Below the pieces are notes generated by a model, which was given only the letters and a program-made list of their open reading frames with translations, did not search any database and was not told where the DNA came from. Below, piece by piece: positions 45,613-54,242 of a stretch of 64,000 bases of DNA. Positions within the stretch are counted from its first letter, which is position 1, and the number at the start of each line of letters is the position of its first letter. Position numbers and translations under genes: made by a program. The stretch covers positions 1,088,001-1,152,000 of the forward strand of contig CAVYTU010000015.1 of assembly GCA_963771465.1 (NCBI GenBank), written 5' to 3'. This stretch comes from an uncultured delta proteobacterium (GTDB lineage: Bacteria; Desulfobacterota; Binatia; UBA9968).

Positions 45613-46686
45613 ATGAAAAAACTCGGCGCTTATTTATTCCTCAGTTTGCTTGCTTCAAGCGCTTTCGCGCAGCCGCGAGTGGAATCGCTGCGCGTCGCTA
45701 CTCGCCTAGTCAAACCTTTTGTCTTTGAAGAAAATGGCAATCTTACCGGCTTCAGCGTCGAGCTTTGGAATGAGATCGCCAAGCAGCTGAACGTCAAGTC
45801 TGAGTTCATCGTCAAGCCGACGGTTAAAGAATTATTGGACGCGGTGAAGTCCAAGGGCGTGGACCTCGGCATCGCGGCGATCTCGATCACGGCGGAACGC
45901 GAACTGGAAATGGACTTTTCCCAGCCGATGTTCGACGCCGGCTTGCAAATCGTGACGCCCGTGCAAACAAGTCGAACGGCGTTGGTCAAAACCATCCTCG
46001 CCAATTTGCTTTCAGCCGGGGTCCTCCCTTACATCTTAGGCGTAGCAATCATTCTCGTCGTCATCGCGCATTTGGTTTGGCTGCTTGAGCGGCACCATCC
46101 GACCGGTATGTTGGCTCGCCTGGAATACTATCCCGGAATCTTCGAGGCCTGTTGGTGGGCCGCGTCGACGCTCGCCACCCAAGCTGATCAGATGCCGCGC
46201 GCCGCCCTGGCTCGGTTGGTCGCGGTTGTTTGGATGTTCGCCAGCGTTGTATTTATCGCCTACTTCACCGCCGCCGTCACCTCCAATCTCACCCTGCAAC
46301 AATTGCATGGCGACATTAGCGGCCCCGCGGATCTTCCCGGCAAACGCGTCGCCAGCGTCAAGGCCAGCACTGCGAGCGAGTACCTACGCCAGCACAATGT
46401 CGAGGCGATGGAATACGCCAAGGTAGAAGACACCTATCAAGCGCTGCAACAGAGCCAGGTGGATGCGGTGGTTTATGACGCGCCCGTTTTGCTCTATTAC
46501 GCGTCGCACGATGGTAACGGCAAAGTCCAAGTCGTCGGTTCGATCTTCCGCAAAGAAAACTACGGTATTGCCTTTCCACCCAACGACGCGCTGCGCAAAC
46601 CGGTCAATGAAGCATTGCTCAAGCTCAAAGAGACCGGTGTCTACGATCAGCTTTACAAGAAATGGTTCGGCGCCAGCAGCTCGTGA
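45613..46686 (+). CDS. GluR0-like ligand-gated ion channel (S1-M1-P-M2-S2)
   Basis: GFSVELW, AAISITAERE...DFSQP (S1); WLLER, WWAASTL, IAYFTAAVTS (pore); DAVVYDAPVL, YGIAF, LYKKWFG (S2). Confidence 0.87.
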   Translation: MKKLGAYLFLSLLASSAFAQPRVESLRVATRLVKPFVFEENGNLTGFSVELWNEIAKQLNVKSEFIVKPTVKELLDAVKSKGVDLGIAAISITAERELEMDFSQPMFDAGLQIVTPVQTSRTALVKTILANLLSAGVLPYILGVAIILVVIAHLVWLLERHHPTGMLARLEYYPGIFEACWWAASTLATQADQMPRAALARLVAVVWMFASVVFIAYFTAAVTSNLTLQQLHGDISGPADLPGKRVASVKASTASEYLRQHNVEAMEYAKVEDTYQALQQSQVDAVVYDAPVLLYYASHDGNGKVQVVGSIFRKENYGIAFPPNDALRKPVNEALLKLKETGVYDQLYKKWFGASSS

Positions 46687-46809
46687 TGCGTTCGGTTTCG
46701 GGTTGGGATTTCGCGGCAACTCAGAACACGAAACTCCAAACCTAACGAAGTATTGACAAAATCTCCGCTCCTTGATGACTTAGGCGCTAACCCTCAGGGA
46801 GGATTTGCC

Positions 46810-47904
46810 ATGCCCTACAAAGGCCACACAATTATCGACGGTGATGGTCATGTGATCGAAGATACCAAAGCGATCGTCAATTACATGCCGCAATCCTATC
46901 GCGACAAGTACGAAACCCACACGTTCTTCAACCCATTTCCCCCGCTCGATCACTTGCACTCCGCCAACATGCACGATTTTCCTCCCGGCGCGTTCAACAA
47001 AGTCGGCCCCGAAGGTTGGGTCAATTTTCTCGAAGATGTCGGCATTGAAAAAACCGTGCTCTACACGACGCTCGGCTTGGCTTTCGGCAAGATCGTCAGC
47101 CGCGACTGGGCCATCGACGTCGCGCGCGGCTACAATGACTGGATTTATAACACCTACATGAAATACAATCCGCGCTTCCAAGCGATGGGCTTGTTGCCGT
47201 TGCAAGAACCGACCGCGGCCGTGGACGAACTCAGACGCATCATCAAGGATCTCGGCATGTGCGGCGCCATGCTGCCTTCCACCGGCATCCAAGCGCACCT
47301 GGGCGACCCACGCTACTGGCCGATTTACGAAGAAGCGAACAAACTCGGCTGCGCCATCGGCATTCACGGCGGCGCCCATGAGAATTTGGGACTCGACGAC
47401 CTGACCCCTTACGCGCCGGTGCACGCGCTCGGCCATCCGTTCGGCCAGATGATTTCCTTCGCTGGGATTGTCTTCAACGGCGTCTTCGACCGTTACCCCA
47501 ATGTGAAATTTGGCTTCATGGAAGGCGGCGTCGCTTGGCTGCTCATGTGTCTGGAGCGTTTCGACCGCTCCTGGGAGACCCATATTCAACATGACCCGCG
47601 CAAACGTTTTCTCGATTTGAAAGCCAAAGAAAAAGTCAGCGAGTATATTCAACGCCACGTTGAAGCCGGCCGCGTCTTTGTCGGCTGTGAAGGCGAAGAG
47701 CCCGACATCGCCCACGCGATTAAAAGAATCGGCAACAAGCCGTGGGTTTACTCGAGCGATTATCCGCATGAAGTCAACAACGAGTTCTGCAAGCATGAGA
47801 TCAACGAGATGCTCGAGAACGAAGAAATCACCGACGCGGACAAAGCCGCAGTACTGCACGGCAACGCGCGCCGCTTTTATAACCTGGGAGCGCCGGGACT
47901 ATGA
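46810..47904 (+). CDS. Amidohydrolase_2 family protein
   Basis: GGAGG RBS before ATG 46810; DGDGHVIE, YNDW, GIHGG, FMEGGVAW, SSDYPH. Confidence 0.88.
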   Translation: MPYKGHTIIDGDGHVIEDTKAIVNYMPQSYRDKYETHTFFNPFPPLDHLHSANMHDFPPGAFNKVGPEGWVNFLEDVGIEKTVLYTTLGLAFGKIVSRDWAIDVARGYNDWIYNTYMKYNPRFQAMGLLPLQEPTAAVDELRRIIKDLGMCGAMLPSTGIQAHLGDPRYWPIYEEANKLGCAIGIHGGAHENLGLDDLTPYAPVHALGHPFGQMISFAGIVFNGVFDRYPNVKFGFMEGGVAWLLMCLERFDRSWETHIQHDPRKRFLDLKAKEKVSEYIQRHVEAGRVFVGCEGEEPDIAHAIKRIGNKPWVYSSDYPHEVNNEFCKHEINEMLENEEITDADKAAVLHGNARRFYNLGAPGL

Positions 47905-48608
47905 ATCCGCCGACCAGCATCGGCCTGATCATTCCCTCCGGCAATCGCCTGACGGAGCCGCAATTTGGCCAATACCTTCCGTCAGGCGTGGGCGCCCATG
48001 TCACGCGCCTGCGCATGACCGGAAAATTTCGCAAGCCACTGGCGGATTTAAAGCGGCCGCTGATTGAAGCCGCCGAAGCGCTCTCGGACCTAAAACCGAG
48101 CGTCATTGTGTTTCACTGTACCGCCAACTCGATGGAGAGCGGTCTGGCCCATGAAAAAGCGATCGTCGATATCGTCGAGCAAGCCAGCGGCTGCCCGACG
48201 ATCACCACGGCGCAGGCGCTGACACAAGCGTTTGATCACTTCGGCATAAAGAAACTCGTGCTCATCAGTCCCTACGTGCAAGCGACCAATCAACTCGAAG
48301 TGAACTATCTGAGTGAAACCGGCTACACGGTGTTGCACGAGTTGGGCCTCGCGCTCGAACCCCATGCCTATTCGGCGGTCACGCCGGAGGAGTGGAAGAA
48401 AGTCGTCAAAGACAATCTCCGCGCCGACGCCGACGGCTATTTTTTAAGCTGCACGAATACGCGCATGATCGAAGCGATTGCAGACTTGGAAAACGATTTG
48501 GGTAAGCCGGTCGTCAATAGCAATCAAGCGACGATCTGGGCTTGTCTGAAGAAATTGGCAATCCCGCACAGCGACCCACGCCTCGGCCGATTATTTAATT
48601 CAAATTAG
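47901..48608 (+). CDS. Maleate cis-trans isomerase / Asp-Glu racemase family protein
   Basis: GLIIPSGN, FHCTANS, ISPY, LSCTN, KPVVNSNQA; both catalytic Cys present. Confidence 0.85.
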   Translation: MNPPTSIGLIIPSGNRLTEPQFGQYLPSGVGAHVTRLRMTGKFRKPLADLKRPLIEAAEALSDLKPSVIVFHCTANSMESGLAHEKAIVDIVEQASGCPTITTAQALTQAFDHFGIKKLVLISPYVQATNQLEVNYLSETGYTVLHELGLALEPHAYSAVTPEEWKKVVKDNLRADADGYFLSCTNTRMIEAIADLENDLGKPVVNSNQATIWACLKKLAIPHSDPRLGRLFNSN

Positions 48609-50855
48609 TCGCATCTCAGAGTGCGTTTGCAACGCGGCCAGCAACTTTTCTTTTAGACCGGTATTTCTGTTTTCCACCCGAACATTGCGAATCGCCATGC
48701 CGAGAGCTTTACGGCTGCCGACGACGATGACCAAACTTTTACCGCGAGTTACCGCGGTGTAAAGAATACTGCGATAAAGCATCATGTAATGCGACGTGTG
48801 CAGCGGTAGGATGACAACCGGATATTCGCTGCCTTGGCTTTTGTGAATCGAGGTGGCGTAGGCCAGACTGATCTCGTCCCATTCATCCGCTTCGTAGGCG
48901 ACGCGCTTGTCATCGAAATCGACCTGAATCTTGCCGTCGTCGCGATCGATGGAAACAATTCTACCAAGATCGCCGTTGAACACGCCCTTGTCGTAATTAT
49001 TGCGCAGCTGCATCACCTTATCGCGCACGCGTAACGTCGTGCCGCCTCGTTCCAACCCTTCGCCGATGGGGTTGAGCAGCGCTTGCAATTCGCGATTGAG
49101 CTGAATCGTGCCGAGCATGCCGCGGTGCATCGGTGTCAAGAGCTGCACCGATTGGACAATCTCATCGGGGCGAAGCCGCAGCCAGGCGGGAATGCGCTCG
49201 CGCAGTAGTTCTTTGATCGTCTCGAGGATTTCATCTTCGCTTTCCCGCGCCATGAAATCGAAATCGCGCCGCTCGCGGGCGTCGGCGAATTCTAAATTTT
49301 GCCCTTGAAGTATGCGGTGCGCGTTGACGACGATCAGGCTCTGGCGATCTTGACGAAAGATGCGCTTGAGCACCGCCACGGGCACTGCCTTGGAATCGAT
49401 AAAGTCCTTGAGCACACTGCCTGGTCCCACTGAGGGCAACTGATCGACGTCGCCGACCAGAATCAAATGCGTATGCGGTTCGACGGCGCGCAGCAAATGA
49501 TCCATCAAGGTCAAATCCACCATGGACGCCTCGTCGACGATGATCATGTCGACTTGCAGCGGATTGTCCTCGTGGCGTTGAAAGCCGCCCTCGCGCGGAT
49601 TGTATTCCAGCAAACGATGGAGTGTGAGCGCCGCTTCGCCGGTGCTCTCGGTCATGCGCTTGGCCGCTCGACCGGTGGGCGCGGCCAGGGCAAAGGTCAC
49701 CCTGGCGCGGCGCAGCACCGTCAAGATCGACATCAATAAGGTAGTCTTACCGGTCCCAGGCCCGCCGGTAATGATGAAAGCTTTTTCGTTGAGCGCGCGC
49801 CGCGCTGCGTCGATCTGCTCCTCATCGAGTTCCAGCGGCATATCGGAAAATAGCGAACCACTCAGCAAGTCAATGGCACCCCGGGCGCCGCTTTTGTCCT
49901 TTTCCCACGGGCGCAGCCGCTCACTTTGGAGAAAAGATGCGGTTGAAAGCAGCCGCGCAAGAGCGTCGGCGACGCGCTTCTCGGCTTCGAACAATTCGAC
50001 GAGATAGACCCGCGTGCCGCGCCGGTCCGGCTGGTCCTGCAAGACCACTTCGTTGCGCTCGGCAAGTTTTTCCACGGCGATATCGATCCGTTCGTCATCG
50101 ACGGCGAGCAGCTCGCAGGCGGTTTTCGCCAGACCGTTTAACGGCAGGAAACAATGACCGCGCTCGGCCGACTCACGCAGCACATGCAACACGCCGGCTT
50201 GCACGCGCAGGGGAAAATCGCCGCGGATACCGATATGATGTGCCAGTCGATCGGCTAACAGAAAGCCGATGCCGTGCACTTGGCGCGCCAGCGCGTAGGG
50301 ATTCTCGCGCACCTGGGCGATGGTATCGGCGCCGAAGACGCGGTAAATTCTCAGCGCCAGCGACGCGCCGACGCCGTGACCCTGGAGAAACACCATGACA
50401 TCCTGCATGCCGCGCTGGGCTTGCCAGGCTTCCATGATGCGACGCGCGCGCACTGCGCCGATGCCGTCGACATCGAGAATTCTCAGCGGCTGTTCAGACA
50501 ATACTCTCAAAGTCTCGACGCCAAAGGCGGCGACCAAGCGCTTGGCGTAGGTCGGGCCGATGCCCTTGATCAAACCGGAGCCAAGATATTTCTCGATACC
50601 TTCGATGGTGCTCGGATCGATTTTCTCCCAATGGCCGACTTGGAACTGCAAACCGTAGCGCGGATGGCGCTTCCACGCGCCAGTGACTTTGATCTCCTCG
50701 CCTTCCGCCACGGGGAAGATCACTCCGACGACAGTCGTGCTCGGTCCGCCGTCCTCATCGAGGCGCGCGACCGTGTAGTGGGATTCCGGGTGTTGGTAGG
50801 TGATTCGGCTGATCGTCCCTTGTATGGACGTGATCTGATTTTGCTTGTCGTCCAA
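48600..50855 (-). CDS. recD2: ATP-dependent RecD-like DNA helicase
   Basis: N-terminal OB/HhH region (YLGSGLIKGIGP), GGPGTGKT, APTGRAAKR, VDEASM, GDVDQLPSVG, YATSIHKSQGSEY, YTAVTR. Confidence 0.95.
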   Translation of the reverse strand: MDDKQNQITSIQGTISRITYQHPESHYTVARLDEDGGPSTTVVGVIFPVAEGEEIKVTGAWKRHPRYGLQFQVGHWEKIDPSTIEGIEKYLGSGLIKGIGPTYAKRLVAAFGVETLRVLSEQPLRILDVDGIGAVRARRIMEAWQAQRGMQDVMVFLQGHGVGASLALRIYRVFGADTIAQVRENPYALARQVHGIGFLLADRLAHHIGIRGDFPLRVQAGVLHVLRESAERGHCFLPLNGLAKTACELLAVDDERIDIAVEKLAERNEVVLQDQPDRRGTRVYLVELFEAEKRVADALARLLSTASFLQSERLRPWEKDKSGARGAIDLLSGSLFSDMPLELDEEQIDAARRALNEKAFIITGGPGTGKTTLLMSILTVLRRARVTFALAAPTGRAAKRMTESTGEAALTLHRLLEYNPREGGFQRHEDNPLQVDMIIVDEASMVDLTLMDHLLRAVEPHTHLILVGDVDQLPSVGPGSVLKDFIDSKAVPVAVLKRIFRQDRQSLIVVNAHRILQGQNLEFADARERRDFDFMARESEDEILETIKELLRERIPAWLRLRPDEIVQSVQLLTPMHRGMLGTIQLNRELQALLNPIGEGLERGGTTLRVRDKVMQLRNNYDKGVFNGDLGRIVSIDRDDGKIQVDFDDKRVAYEADEWDEISLAYATSIHKSQGSEYPVVILPLHTSHYMMLYRSILYTAVTRGKSLVIVVGSRKALGMAIRNVRVENRNTGLKEKLLAALQTHSEMRLI

Positions 50856-51073
50856 AGAAATCTCCCGAGCGCCATCCTACGCGAAAGCGCCAAGGGCGTA
50901 AACGTCGGCCCTTGCCTTTTCGCACTAGAAGGCTAGAATTTTCGCCATCCATGCAGTTCCATTCACTCGGGCACGGCATTGCCCCGCGCACAACACAATC
51001 GCTTGCTGAAGCTTAAACCACCGCCGTCATTTTTCCTCGGTTTGTGACCGCAGGGAACTAGGAGACGACACCC

Positions 51074-52387
51074 ATGACTCTGGACTATTTCTGGATCGAG
51101 GCAGTCTTAATTGTAATTTTGATTCTCGCCAACGGTTTTTTCGCCGCCTCGGAAATCGCCATGATCGCCATGCGCAAAAGCCGCATCGACGCCCTGCTCG
51201 AAAAAGGCGTCACCGCGGCGGCGGCCGTGGCGCGCTTAAAAAACGATCCCGACCGGTTTCTCGCCACCGTGCAGATCGGCGTAACGGTCGTGAGCTCCTT
51301 CGCCTCTGCCCTCGGCGGCGCCGCCGCCATCGGCTATCTCAAGCCGCAGATCGCCGAGATACCGATTTCGTTCGTCACCCAATGGGCGGATGCCATCGCA
51401 TTGACGATCGTGGTATTGCCGATTTCTTACCTGTCGCTGGTGTTCGGCGAGTTAGTGCCCAAGTCGCTCGCCTTGCGCTATTCCGAACAGATCGCCTGCT
51501 TCGTCGCCCGTCCGATTGAATTGCTCGCGCGCGTGAGCGCGCTCTTCGTCAAAATACTAATGGCGTCAAGCAATTTCGTCTTGAGAATCTTTGGCGGCAA
51601 GGACAACGAAAGCGCCAGCTTCATCTCGGTCGAGGAAGTAAAATCGCTGATCCGCGAGGGCACCGCCAAAGGTATTTTCAACGAGACTGAACGAGAACTC
51701 ATCCATAGCGTCTTTGAATTTACCGACACACCGGTGAAAGCGGTCATGAAACCGCGCACCGAAATCCATGCCATCGACGCCGAGTCATCCCTCGCCGAAG
51801 TCGCCAAGGATTTCGTCGACAGCGGTTTCTCGCGCATTCCGGTCTTCGAGGGCAACTTGGACAAAATTATCGGTATTCTTTACAACAAAGACGTTTTTAA
51901 AGCTCTGCAAGAGCGCAGCGACTTTCGTATTCGCGATCACTTGCATCAAGCTTTTTTCGTGCCGAGTACTTTGCCCACCAGCGAATTGCTCAAACAACTC
52001 CAACGCCGTCGCTTGGCAATGGCTTTGGTGGTCAACGAATTCGGTGAGGTCGAAGGCGTGGTTACACTGGAAGATTTGGTCGAAGAAATCGTCGGCGAGA
52101 TTCGCGATGAATACGACCGCGAAGAACGCGGCCCGGTGGATCGGCTGCCCGACGGCTCCATGGTCATCCAGGGTTCGGCGCTATTGAAAGATCTCAAAGC
52201 CGATTACGCTTTGCCGTTTGACGAATCGCCGGATTTTCACACACTAGCCGGCTTCATACTGTCGCGCCTCAAACGCATCCCGCGAGGCGGCGAATGGGTC
52301 GAGGATAACGGTTACAAACTCACCATCGTTGACATGGAAGGACGCCGTATCGTCAAGATTAAGCTAGAAAAAGTTGCCACCGCGTAA
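51074..52387 (+). CDS. CNNM/CorC-HlyC family (DUF21-CBS-CorC) membrane protein
   Basis: NGFFAASE, FLATVQIG, FGELVPK, GFSRIPV, VTLEDLVEEIVGEI, TLAGF. Confidence 0.92.
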   Translation: MTLDYFWIEAVLIVILILANGFFAASEIAMIAMRKSRIDALLEKGVTAAAAVARLKNDPDRFLATVQIGVTVVSSFASALGGAAAIGYLKPQIAEIPISFVTQWADAIALTIVVLPISYLSLVFGELVPKSLALRYSEQIACFVARPIELLARVSALFVKILMASSNFVLRIFGGKDNESASFISVEEVKSLIREGTAKGIFNETERELIHSVFEFTDTPVKAVMKPRTEIHAIDAESSLAEVAKDFVDSGFSRIPVFEGNLDKIIGILYNKDVFKALQERSDFRIRDHLHQAFFVPSTLPTSELLKQLQRRRLAMALVVNEFGEVEGVVTLEDLVEEIVGEIRDEYDREERGPVDRLPDGSMVIQGSALLKDLKADYALPFDESPDFHTLAGFILSRLKRIPRGGEWVEDNGYKLTIVDMEGRRIVKIKLEKVATA

Positions 52388-52401
52388 AGCCGAATTGCCA
52401 A

Positions 52402-52815
52402 TCAATAACAGCGTATCTCAATCTCGTTGCCGTCGGGATCGAAAAAATAAACCGAGGTCGCTCGTCCCTGGGCACCCCAGCGCGACACCGGCCCTTGGCG
52501 CACCGTGACGTGATTTTCCGCCAAGTAATCGACGATCCCGGAGAAACTGTCGGCGCCAACCACCAAGCAGAAGTGATTGAGATTTTTCACGGCCCGCTCC
52601 GAGCTGGAATCGCTGGCGCGATCTTTACTGGGAAATAAATCGATGATCGTTTGATCGGTAATGCGCACCGAGGGAAAACTGACTTTGCCCGTTCGAAATT
52701 CGTCGACCCGCTCGCCTTTCAATCCCAACACCTCGGTGTAGAATTTTAGCGAGCGATCGATGTCGCCGACGTTGAGCACGATGTGGTCCAGCTCGATGAT
52801 CTTTATTTTACCCAT
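52402..52815 (-). CDS. VOC/glyoxalase family protein
   Basis: LDHIVLNV, NHFCL, YFFDPDGNEIE. Confidence 0.88.
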   Translation of the reverse strand: MGKIKIIELDHIVLNVGDIDRSLKFYTEVLGLKGERVDEFRTGKVSFPSVRITDQTIIDLFPSKDRASDSSSERAVKNLNHFCLVVGADSFSGIVDYLAENHVTVRQGPVSRWGAQGRATSVYFFDPDGNEIEIRCY

Positions 52816-52858
52816 GGCAAAACTCCTTTCGTCCCCACGAAATAGCAGACTGCGAAAC

Positions 52859-53914
52859 CTAAGCGGCGAGCGCCGCCAACTCTTTCAACAACGCTTGCAC
52901 TTCCTTCGGAGTACCGACGGTAATGCGTAAGCAGTCGCGCAATTCCGCCGTGTCGAAATAACGCACCAAGATGTTTTTCTGCTTAAGTTCCTCATAAACC
53001 GGCTTTAAGTTCTGCTCTCGTTTGCGCGCCAAAACGAAATTGGCGTGCGATGGATAGACTTCATAGCCCAGCCGCTTGAGCCCCCGGGAAAGTATCGCGC
53101 GATTGCGTTGAATGCGCCCGGCGTTACGTTTCATCCATGCCATATCCTGCAAAGCCGCCATAGCCGCGACCATACTCAGACGATTTAAATTATAGGAATC
53201 TTTCACCTTCATCAGGCCGGCGATGATTTCCGCCGATGCGAAGGCCAAGCCGATACGCATGCCGGCAAGCGAAAAAGATTTGGAAAACGTCCGCATGACC
53301 ACCAGATTGGGAAGCTGGCGGATCAGCGGGATCGACGATGCCCCTTCGCTCGCGGCGAAGTCGACGTAGGCCTCGTCGACTACCAGGACGCCGCAAACCG
53401 CGTCAGCGAGCTTGACGATTTCCGCGAGCGTTACTAACGTCCCAGACGGCGCGTTGGGGTTACAGAGAAACGTCAGCGCGGCGTTTTGCTCGGCCAAAGT
53501 CTGTGGCAAAGAAAAATCCTCGGGGAAATCAACCCGCGCCGCCACGCCGTCTTGAATTTCTACCAAGGTATCGTAAAGCGAATAGGTTGGCACCGGAAAC
53601 GCCACTCGATCCCGCTGCCCCACAAAGCAGCGCAGCAACATCGACAAGATCTCATCCGAGCCGTTTCCGGCGATGATATTGTCCGGCTTGACTCCGTATA
53701 CGCTGCCGGCGAGCGTCCGCAAGCTATCGCTCAAAGGCTCGGGATAGAGCCGTAACGAGGGATTGATGGCTTTTCTTAAAGCCGCAAACACTTTCGGCGA
53801 GGGCGGATAGGGATTTTCATTGGTGTTGAGCTTGATGATGCCATTGTCGCGGGGCTGTTCGCCCGGCGTGTAGCCGTACATAGCATCAATGTTTGCGCGG
53901 AAGTATTTTGACAT
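52859..53914 (-). CDS. hisC: Histidinol-phosphate aminotransferase
   Basis: KLNTNENPY, GNGSDE, CNPNAPSG, VDEAY, RTFSKSFSLAGMRIG, RITVG. Confidence 0.93.
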   Translation of the reverse strand: MSKYFRANIDAMYGYTPGEQPRDNGIIKLNTNENPYPPSPKVFAALRKAINPSLRLYPEPLSDSLRTLAGSVYGVKPDNIIAGNGSDEILSMLLRCFVGQRDRVAFPVPTYSLYDTLVEIQDGVAARVDFPEDFSLPQTLAEQNAALTFLCNPNAPSGTLVTLAEIVKLADAVCGVLVVDEAYVDFAASEGASSIPLIRQLPNLVVMRTFSKSFSLAGMRIGLAFASAEIIAGLMKVKDSYNLNRLSMVAAMAALQDMAWMKRNAGRIQRNRAILSRGLKRLGYEVYPSHANFVLARKREQNLKPVYEELKQKNILVRYFDTAELRDCLRITVGTPKEVQALLKELAALAA

Positions 53915-54024
53915 GGGGCCCGGATTTTAACGACAGGCAGTTCCGTTTTCAATCAATAACGAGCTAACAACGGTACAGCCAAGCTGGCAATTAAGGAATA
54001 GTAAAGAATTTTAACCAGTATCGA

Positions 54025-54164
54025 GACATTTTTGTCCATGCTTTCCGGATATTGTCCAAAAATCCTTCTTAGAGCACACATTGGCGCGTAATGACGCATT
54101 AACTTCGTTTGTAAATAGTCGATATTGCACAGGTCCCGTTTTTTCCAGTGGCATGTTTTTGGCT
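54025..54164 (+). promoter_or_regulatory. Putative sigma-54 promoter (54149-54164) with upstream palindromic box (54025-54036)
   Basis: TGGCATGTTTTTGGCT fits GG-N10-GC; GACATTTTTGTC palindrome upstream. Confidence 0.45.
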
Positions 54165-54242
54165 AGATGCATCGCAATTGACCGAGCCGGGTACGGATCA
54201 AAGTAGCGATCCGTCCAGACCAACGCTCGGACGGGGTAAGTA

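Noticed and set aside
46780-47859. 359-aa antisense ORF, plus similar long shadow ORFs at 42843-43691, 59859-60545, 50274-50936 and 57327-57980
   Set aside because: They lie opposite well-supported genes and have no recognisable motifs; expected from codon bias in GC-rich DNA.
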